DNA of 54,965 nucleotides from NCBI GenBank assembly GCA_947164995.1, contig CAMUYU010000003.1:1-54965 (forward strand), in the 5' to 3' direction. Of the stretch, positions 48,298 to 54,965 are shown piece by piece. The position numbers and the translations under genes were made by a program. The notes beneath the pieces are model-generated. The model was not told the DNA's origin. It saw nothing but the letters and a program-made list of their open reading frames with translations, and did not search any database. How positions within the stretch are numbered: position 1 is the first letter of the stretch; each line of letters starts with the position of its first letter. The stretch is from an uncultured Clostridia bacterium (GTDB lineage: Bacteria > Bacillota > Clostridia > TANB77 > UBA1234).

Positions 48298-48303
48298 TTC
48301 ATC

Positions 48304-49734
48304 TTATTTTAGGTACTCCATAATCAAGCGATTAATAATTTGTGGATTTCCCTTGCCTTTTAATTCTTTCATGCATTGACCAACTAAAAATCCAAGTGCT
48401 CTATCTTTACCAGCTTTGTAGTCTACAATAGATTGAGGATTTGCAGCAACTACTCTATCTACGACTTCTTTAATAGCACTTTCATCGCTAATTTGAAGAA
48501 GCCCTTTTTCTTTAACGATTTCTTCAGGCTCTTTATTTTCAGAAATCATATCTTCAAATACCTTTTTACCAATAGTATTCGAAATCGAACCACTATCAAT
48601 TAATTTGATTAAAGATGCAAATCTTTTTGCACTAAAAGGAAGATCACTATAATCGATATCATTCTCTCTAGCTATACGAATAATGTCAGTCATAATCCAG
48701 TTACTAACTGCCTTTGGATTGCCACATTCTTTTGAAGCTTCTTCAAAGAAATCTGAAAGAGCTTTTGAAGATGTAATAATTCCAGCATCATATTCTGGAA
48801 GTTTAAGTTCTTCAATATATCTTGCTTTTCTTCTCTCAGGAAGTTCTGGAAGATTTTCTTTAATATTATTAATGTAATCATCTGAAAGTTTTATAGGCAT
48901 TAAGTCTGGCTCTGGGAAGTATCTATAATCGTCTGCATCTTCTTTACTACGCATTGCGTAACCTTCTCCAGTAGCTTCGTCCCAACGTCTAGTTTCTTGA
49001 ATAACTTTTCCACCAGACTCTAAAATTTCCTTTTGTCTTTGAATTTCAAAGTTAATCATATGTTCAATAGCTCTAAAAGAGTTTAAGTTTTTAGACTCTG
49101 TACGAGTTCCAAATTCTTTTTGACCAACAGGTCTTAAAGATAAGTTAACATCAGCTCTTAAAGAACCTTCTTGCATTTTACAATCTGATACTCCAATATA
49201 TTCTAATATACCTTTTAATTTTTCAACATAAGCAACTGCTTCTTCAGCACTTCTCATATCAGGTTCAGAAACTATTTCTATAAGTGGAACACCTGCTCTA
49301 TTTAAATCAACTAAAGTACCTCCAGTATAAGTATCGTGAACAAGTTTTCCAGCATCATCTTCAATATGAATTCTAGTAATACCAATTCTCTTAGTTGTAC
49401 CATCTTTTAATGTGATATCAAAACCACCATTAATACATAAAGGTAAATCAAATTGTGAAATCTGATATGCTCTAGGTGTATCTGGATAGAAATAGTTCTT
49501 TCTATCTTGTTTTGAGTTTCTATTGATTTGAGCTCCAACTGCAAGACCAGCTTTAACAGCATATTCAACTACTTTTTCATTTAATACTGGAAGTGCTCCT
49601 GGCATACCTGTACAAATTGGGCAGCAATGAGTGTTTGGGTCTCCACCAAACTCAGTAGTGCAACCACAATAAATTTTTGTTTTAGTAGAAAGTTCTGCGT
49701 GAACTTCAAGACCAATTACAACTTCGTATTCCAT
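48304..49734 (-). CDS. gatB: Asp/Glu-tRNA(Asn/Gln) amidotransferase subunit B.
   Basis: YEVVIGLEVHAELSTKTKIYCGC..., with a C-terminal YqeY-like domain. Confidence 0.97.
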   Translation of the reverse strand: MEYEVVIGLEVHAELSTKTKIYCGCTTEFGGDPNTHCCPICTGMPGALPVLNEKVVEYAVKAGLAVGAQINRNSKQDRKNYFYPDTPRAYQISQFDLPLCINGGFDITLKDGTTKRIGITRIHIEDDAGKLVHDTYTGGTLVDLNRAGVPLIEIVSEPDMRSAEEAVAYVEKLKGILEYIGVSDCKMQEGSLRADVNLSLRPVGQKEFGTRTESKNLNSFRAIEHMINFEIQRQKEILESGGKVIQETRRWDEATGEGYAMRSKEDADDYRYFPEPDLMPIKLSDDYINNIKENLPELPERRKARYIEELKLPEYDAGIITSSKALSDFFEEASKECGNPKAVSNWIMTDIIRIARENDIDYSDLPFSAKRFASLIKLIDSGSISNTIGKKVFEDMISENKEPEEIVKEKGLLQISDESAIKEVVDRVVAANPQSIVDYKAGKDRALGFLVGQCMKELKGKGNPQIINRLIMEYLK

Positions 49735-49736
49735 GA

Positions 49737-51197
49737 TTACACCTCCCTGCTTTTCTCAAATGTATATGCAACACGATAAAGTGTTTCTTCTGAAAAATGT
49801 TTTCCAATAATTTGCATTCCAATAGGAAGTCCATTATTATCTTTTCCACAAGGAATAGAAATTGCAGGAATTCCAGCAATATTTATAGGAACTGTAAATA
49901 AATCTGCAAGATACATTTCTAACGGATTATTTACTTTTTCGCCTATGTTCCATGCAGTAGTTGGTGATACTGGAGCAATCAAAACATCATATTTAGAAAA
50001 TGCATCATCAAATTGTTTTTTAATTAGGGTTCTAACTTTTTGTGCCTTTTTATAATATGCATCATAATAACCTGCAGAAAGCACATAAGTACCCAAAATA
50101 ATTCTTCTTTTTACTTCTTTACCAAAACCTTCGCTACGAGTGTTTTTATAAATATCTTTTAAGTTTTCAAAATTCTTTGTTCTGTATCCGTATCTAATAC
50201 CATCAAATCTTCCTAAGTTTGAAGAAGCTTCTGCATCAGCAATTATATAGTACGTAGGAAGTGCAACTTTGCATGCTGCAAGTGAACAAGTTCCTACTTC
50301 AGCACCTAAAGATTTTAGTTTTTCAATTGCTTTTTCAACTGCTTCTTTAACTTCTTTTTGAATTCCTTCTCCAAAGAATTCTTCTGGTACACCAATCTTT
50401 AAGCCTTTAACGTCATTAATTAATGCTTTAGTATAATCTTTCTTTTCAATATTTGCAGAAGTAGAATCCATTTCATCATGGCCTGCAATTGCATTTAATA
50501 AAATTGCATTATCTTCAACATCTTTAGTCATAGGTCCAATTTGATCTAATGAAGAAGCATATGCAACCAATCCATAACGAGAAATAAGTCCATAAGTAGG
50601 TTTCATACCAACTATTCCGCAAAGAGATGCTGGCATTCTAATAGAACCACCTGTATCAGAGCCTAGTGAAATAGGTGCTAAATCACCAGCTACTGCTGCA
50701 GCACTACCACCAGAACTTCCACCTGGAACCTTTGTTAAGTCAACTGGGTTGTGAGTTACAAAAAATGCTGAATTTTCACAAGAACTTCCCATAGCAAATT
50801 CATCCATATTTACTTTACCAAGCATAATTGCACCTTGCTCTTTTAAATTCTTAATAACGGTAGCATCATATGGGCTAATAAAGTTTTCAAGAATTTTAGA
50901 AGCACAAGTTGTTTTTACTCCATAAGTATTCATATTATCTTTAATAGCTATAGGCACACCAAATAAAGCTGGAAGCTCGTCAAATGTACCATTTGCAAGA
51001 GCCTCACTAATTTTGCTGTCGGCAATTTCTGCACATTTTAAAGCATCTTCTTTGCACAAAGTAATAAATGCCTTAATGTCGCCGTCTTTTTCATCTATAT
51101 TTTTATAGAAGCTTTCTACAACTTCTTTTACAGTAAAATCTTTATTCTTATAACCTTCACGAATCTCGTGAGAAGTTAATTTAGTAATATTTTTCAT
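49737..51197 (-). CDS. gatA: Glutamyl-tRNA(Gln) amidotransferase subunit A.
   Basis: Amidase signature [12 protein letters not shown]...[13 protein letters not shown]. Its stop lies 2 nt before the gatB start. Confidence 0.97.
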   Translation of the reverse strand: MKNITKLTSHEIREGYKNKDFTVKEVVESFYKNIDEKDGDIKAFITLCKEDALKCAEIADSKISEALANGTFDELPALFGVPIAIKDNMNTYGVKTTCASKILENFISPYDATVIKNLKEQGAIMLGKVNMDEFAMGSSCENSAFFVTHNPVDLTKVPGGSSGGSAAAVAGDLAPISLGSDTGGSIRMPASLCGIVGMKPTYGLISRYGLVAYASSLDQIGPMTKDVEDNAILLNAIAGHDEMDSTSANIEKKDYTKALINDVKGLKIGVPEEFFGEGIQKEVKEAVEKAIEKLKSLGAEVGTCSLAACKVALPTYYIIADAEASSNLGRFDGIRYGYRTKNFENLKDIYKNTRSEGFGKEVKRRIILGTYVLSAGYYDAYYKKAQKVRTLIKKQFDDAFSKYDVLIAPVSPTTAWNIGEKVNNPLEMYLADLFTVPINIAGIPAISIPCGKDNNGLPIGMQIIGKHFSEETLYRVAYTFEKSREV

Positions 51198-51235
51198 AAT
51201 ATTATCCTTTCATTAATTGATTATAATTCCCATAA

Positions 51236-51355
51236 TTTGCATCAAAATCGTTATATTGCAAGGAATTAGATTGCGAGGAGCGCAAACGTATGTGGTATAC
51301 GTTGAGCACCGTAGACAATCGTAATGACGCAGCAAGATAATGATTTTCATGCAAA
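51236..51355. repeat. 120-nt imperfect palindrome filling the gatC-gatA spacer.
   Basis: The outer arms 51236-51259 (tttgcatcaaaatcgttatattgc) and 51332-51355 (gcaagataatgattttcatgcaaa) are complementary at 21 of 24 positions. The GC-richer inner arms end in a perfect AACGTAT/ATACGTT 7-bp stem around a 5-nt loop (about 51286-51304). Confidence 0.55.
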
Positions 51356-51643
51356 TTATTCAATAACAGGTGGGATTTGATAAGCCACTCCATTTGACGA
51401 AGGAGCATTCTGCATCAAAAGCTCTCTATCAAAAGACTCTCTAACTTCATCTTTTCTAAAAACATTGTAAGAATCAAGAGCAAACGCAGATTCTTCTAAT
51501 CCATCTGTATTAATTTCATTAATTTGATTAGCAAAAGCAATAATTTCTTGCATATCCTTTGCATACCCATCAACTTCATCTTCACTTAGATTTAACATAC
51601 TTAAATTAGCGATATGTTCAATATCTTTCTTCGTAATTTCCAT
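51356..51643 (-). CDS. gatC: Asp/Glu-tRNA amidotransferase subunit C.
   Basis: 95 aa, with IEHIANLSMLNLSEDEV... and ending ...YQIPPVIE. It heads gatCAB. Confidence 0.9.
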   Translation of the reverse strand: MEITKKDIEHIANLSMLNLSEDEVDGYAKDMQEIIAFANQINEINTDGLEESAFALDSYNVFRKDEVRESFDRELLMQNAPSSNGVAYQIPPVIE

Positions 51644-51713
51644 AACTATTTCCTTTCCTAAAAAAATACTTATAATCTTCGTTATTTTATCGCAAAATCA
51701 TAATATTTGCAAC

Positions 51714-51740
51714 AAAAAAGCACGCTTTCGCGTGCTTTTT
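51714..51740 (-). terminator. Intrinsic terminator after rny.
   Basis: agcacgc-tttc-gcgtgct flanked by A- and T-runs. Confidence 0.7.
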
Positions 51741-51746
51741 ATAATC

Positions 51747-53315
51747 TTATTTTGCATACTCAATAGCTCTATTTTCTCTAACAATTGTAACTTTGATTTG
51801 TCCTGGATATTCCATCTCATCTTCGATACGTTTAGCTACATCATGAGCCATAACTGTCATTTGGTCATCTGAAACGTTTTCTGGTTTAACCATTATACGA
51901 ACTTCACGACCAGCTTGAATTGCATAAGATTTTTCAACTCCATTGAAGCTATCTGCAATTTCTTCAAGCTTTTCTAGACGTTTGATGTATGTTTCCAAAG
52001 TTTCACGTCTTGCACCTGGACGGCTAGCTGAAATAGCATCTGCTGCCATAACAACAACGGCCTCAAGTGAAGCAGGCTCTACATCTCCATGGTGAGCATG
52101 AACGGCATTGATAACCTTTTCATTTTCTTTATATCTCTTTAAGATATCTACACCAATTTCAACGTGAGTACCTTCAATTTCGTGGTCTATTGATTTACCA
52201 ATGTCATGAAGCAAACCTGCTCTTTTAGCAAGTTTAACATCTAAGCCAAGTTCTTCAGCAATAATACCACAAAGTTGAGAAACTTCTATTGAGTGATTAA
52301 GAACATTTTGGCCATAACTTGTTCTATATTTAAGTTTACCAATTAGCTTAATAATATCTGGGTCTAAACCAACTACACCAGTTTCCATTGAAGCTCTTTC
52401 GCCCTCATCTTTAATGATTTGTTCAAGCTCATCTTTAGCTTTCTCAACCATTTCTTCGATTCTAGCAGGATGAATTCTTCCATCTACAATTAGCTTTTCA
52501 AGTGCTATCCTAGCAACTTCTCTTCTGATAGGATCAAACCCTGAAAGTACTATAGCTTCAGGAGTATCATCGATGATTAAATCGATACCTGTAAGAGATT
52601 CTAAAGCTTTAATGTTACGTCCTTCTCTACCAATGATACGACCTTTCATATCATCTGATGGTAGTGGAACAACTGAAACTGTAGTTTCTTGAGTGTGATC
52701 AGCAGCACACTTTTGAATTGCAAAAGTGATAAGATTTTTAGCTTTTTTGTCAGCTTCATCTTTTGCTCTGTTTTCAGCTTCTTTAATCTCAAGTGCAAGC
52801 TCATGTGATAAAGTTTCACGGATATTTTTAAGCAAATATTCTTTAGCTTCCTCTTTTGAAAGCCCTGAAATACGAACTAATTCTTCGTTTTGCTTATCTA
52901 CAAATTTTTCAAGTTCTTCTCTAATTTTATCATTTTCTGCCATTTGCTCTTGAAGTTTAAGTTCTTTTCTTTCTAAGTTGTCTACTTTTCTATCAAGAGT
53001 TTCTTCTTTTTGAACTAATCTTTTTTCTTGTTTTTGAAGTTCTGCTCTTCTTTCTTTAATCTCTTTTTCTAACTCTGCCTTCTCAGCTTGAATCTCTTCT
53101 TTAGCAGCAAGTATTTTTTCTTTTCTTTCACTTTCTGCTTCTTTCTTAGCATCATCAATAATCTTTTCTGCTTTTTCATTTGCATTACTTAAAATTGATT
53201 CGCCTTTTTCTGCCTTAGACTTTTCAAGTCTTTTATAAACAATTTTAGAAACAATTACTGAAATAACAATAGTTATTATAGAAGATAAAAGAGCAGCAAA
53301 AATCCAATTTTCCAT
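51747..53315 (-). CDS. rny: Ribonuclease Y.
   Basis: N-terminal TM, a long coiled coil, a KH domain ([11 protein letters not shown]), and an HD domain (LLHDIGK...HH). The ATG at 53313-53315 follows GAGGAGG. Confidence 0.95.
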   Translation of the reverse strand: MENWIFAALLSSIITIVISVIVSKIVYKRLEKSKAEKGESILSNANEKAEKIIDDAKKEAESERKEKILAAKEEIQAEKAELEKEIKERRAELQKQEKRLVQKEETLDRKVDNLERKELKLQEQMAENDKIREELEKFVDKQNEELVRISGLSKEEAKEYLLKNIRETLSHELALEIKEAENRAKDEADKKAKNLITFAIQKCAADHTQETTVSVVPLPSDDMKGRIIGREGRNIKALESLTGIDLIIDDTPEAIVLSGFDPIRREVARIALEKLIVDGRIHPARIEEMVEKAKDELEQIIKDEGERASMETGVVGLDPDIIKLIGKLKYRTSYGQNVLNHSIEVSQLCGIIAEELGLDVKLAKRAGLLHDIGKSIDHEIEGTHVEIGVDILKRYKENEKVINAVHAHHGDVEPASLEAVVVMAADAISASRPGARRETLETYIKRLEKLEEIADSFNGVEKSYAIQAGREVRIMVKPENVSDDQMTVMAHDVAKRIEDEMEYPGQIKVTIVRENRAIEYAK

Positions 53316-53498
53316 GTTCTTTTCCTCCTCATATTTAAATGTCAATGTACAATATATTAAACAATTTGTATATCTCATTTGAAGTTATTATGTAAACATC
53401 TCTTGAGCCGAATAATATACCATTACGAGTTATATTCTATTATTTATATACCACTATGTCAAGAGAAAAATCCCTATAAATACGACCAAATATATCAC

Positions 53499-53528
53499 AA
53501 AAAGACGACCAATTTAATTGGTCGTCTT
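53499..53528 (-). terminator. Intrinsic terminator after the large surface-protein gene.
   Basis: aagacgaccaatt-t-aattggtcgtctt, with a plus-strand A-run that gives the minus-strand U-tract. Confidence 0.7.
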
Positions 53529-53543
53529 AATAATATCAAATGA

Positions 53544-54965
53544 TTAATTTGTCATTGTTCCATCATTATCTACTACATTGTTCCAATCTGTTTCATAAAT
53601 TGCTACTGCATCATTTGGTACTTTTGCAGGTGATCCACTTGGAAGTGTTATATCTCTCATTCCTGTTGCTATTGTCCATACTACATCTGGATTATTGAAA
53701 TCTTTTCCTGGTGTCTTATCTTTCTCATCTGCAGTGTATTCAATACCTGTTGCATCATTTAATGTTTCTGGTCCTTTGTATTGTAAATAATCATCTCCAG
53801 GTGTTATTGTCGTTCCTGGTGTTGCTGGTACAATTGGTGCTTTTGTGTTTAATGACTTAATCTTAAATCTTACTAAAATATATCCTGTCTTATATGTCAA
53901 TGTTGAATCATTTGTCTTTATTGCTTTATCTGCAGTTACTGGATCTGTACCTTGTTTTACTGCTACTGTTGAACTTGGCAAAGCATATCCTGCATACCAA
54001 TGTCCTACTGAACCTATTACCATTTGCTCTCCTGTTTCTGCACTATTAAATCCATAGTGAGCTACTGCTGTCTTTGCATTTTGAGCAATAACTGCTTTTG
54101 TATTACCATATAGTTTTCTTCCACCATTATCTGTCATATATTCATTAAAGTTATCATAAGTTAGTCTTAAGTTATGTGGTAATAATAGTTTTGCTAATGT
54201 TCCGCATTCTACTCTTAATTGATAGTTATATTTTGGTAAGTTTTCTAATGGATATATTGTATTTGAATTATTCATTTCTATTGGCTCTACACCCATAAAC
54301 TTATTTGTTAATGTAACTCCTATTTTTGATACATTGTTTTCTGGTGTTATCTTCAAATAGTTTCCATTACTTGCCATATAGTATAAATCTACTGGTATTG
54401 CAGTTCCTCCTGTCTTTGCTACAAAGTAGAATCCATTTTCTGCAACTTTTACATCTATTTGATTACTCTTTCTTCCTTTTGTCTTAAAGTTAAATACAAA
54501 TGTATATCCAAGTTTTGGTGCATATGGATATGCTGTATTTTTATTTTGGCTTGGGTTAACTGCAGGTGTTACTCCTGTTGACCTTGTTCTACCAAATGGG
54601 AATTCATTTGCTCTTACATATCCTGTTGAGTAACCTAATGACTGTACATTTCCTATCCAATCTTTATCTGTTGACTCATTTACTTGTAAATCGTAAATCT
54701 TTCCTATTACTTCTACTGGTATGTATTTAATTGCTATATATTTAGAATGGTCTGCTTGAGTATTTGCTAATTCTTGCTCTAAGCCTGCATCTTTACTTGG
54801 AGCATTTTCTGCTATTACTCTTAACTTAATACCTTTGTTTCCTAAATATTCTCCTTCTTTTGCCCATACTGGAACTGTAAATCTCCATGTTATACCTGCT
54901 GCAGATCCTTTAAAGTCTACTCCTGTAATTCCTGATTCAGATAGCCATGTATCATGTTTTAAGAA
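53544..54965 (-). CDS. C-terminal 473 codons of a large, probably extracellular protein. The 5' end lies beyond the window.
   Basis: I translated the frame upstream of the track's first Met (54377) codon by codon to 54965 and found neither a stop nor a Met, so the track entry is a truncation. The product is beta-rich and Thr/Gly/Asn-rich, and no domain was recognised. Confidence 0.6.
   Translation of the reverse strand, partial: FLKHDTWLSESGITGVDFKGSAAGITWRFTVPVWAKEGEYLGNKGIKLRVIAENAPSKDAGLEQELANTQADHSKYIAIKYIPVEVIGKIYDLQVNESTDKDWIGNVQSLGYSTGYVRANEFPFGRTRSTGVTPAVNPSQNKNTAYPYAPKLGYTFVFNFKTKGRKSNQIDVKVAENGFYFVAKTGGTAIPVDLYYMASNGNYLKITPENNVSKIGVTLTNKFMGVEPIEMNNSNTIYPLENLPKYNYQLRVECGTLAKLLLPHNLRLTYDNFNEYMTDNGGRKLYGNTKAVIAQNAKTAVAHYGFNSAETGEQMVIGSVGHWYAGYALPSSTVAVKQGTDPVTADKAIKTNDSTLTYKTGYILVRFKIKSLNTKAPIVPATPGTTITPGDDYLQYKGPETLNDATGIEYTADEKDKTPGKDFNNPDVVWTIATGMRDITLPSGSPAKVPNDAVAIYETDWNNVVDNDGTMTN

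Noticed and set aside
51202-51408. 68-aa minus-strand ORF spanning the gatC-gatA spacer.
   Set aside because: It overlaps the 3' end of gatC in another frame, has no RBS, and coincides exactly with the palindromic element. It is better explained as non-coding.
53430-53465. TTGACA / TAGAAT promoter-like pair upstream of rny.
   Set aside because: On recount the spacer is only 15 nt, which is too short for a confident sigma-A promoter call.

Overview
This is a 55-kb chromosomal segment from a low-GC Firmicute (about 30-33% GC by hand count). It uses the standard genetic code, with TGA as a stop, and carries a SpoIID homologue, so it is probably Clostridia-like. All but three genes lie on the minus strand. 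Most of the window is housekeeping: dnaG-rpoD, recG, ftsH-tilS, holA, ruvC, murB, ychF, a scattered glycolytic set (gap, tpiA, pgk, gpmI), a T-box-controlled glyQS, miaB, efp, gatCAB and rny. I recognised no rRNA, tRNA, CRISPR array, transposase or integrase.

The non-routine content, in rough order of interest:
1. An ORF-free stretch of about 330 nt just upstream of tpiA is 45-50% GC. It folds well on the minus strand, ends in a clean intrinsic terminator, and matches no RNA family I can recognise by eye.
2. A GC-elevated island at about 36.4-43.9 kb encodes a NitT/TauT-type ABC importer. Its two paralogous binding proteins each carry a C-terminal OmpA-like peptidoglycan-binding domain. The island also holds an XpaC-like membrane protein and a vWA lipoprotein, and it converges on a TelA/YaaN-like gene.
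3. The principal sigma factor carries a lysine-rich, histone-H1-like N-terminal extension of about 290 aa.
4. A 120-nt imperfect palindrome fills the normally tight gatC-gatA junction, and a GC-rich hairpin follows gatB.
5. The glycolytic genes are reordered and interleaved with a YfbK-like vWA gene, an HD-domain gene and a frameshifted surface-protein gene.

Function calls come from reading the supplied translations for motifs. No database search was possible.
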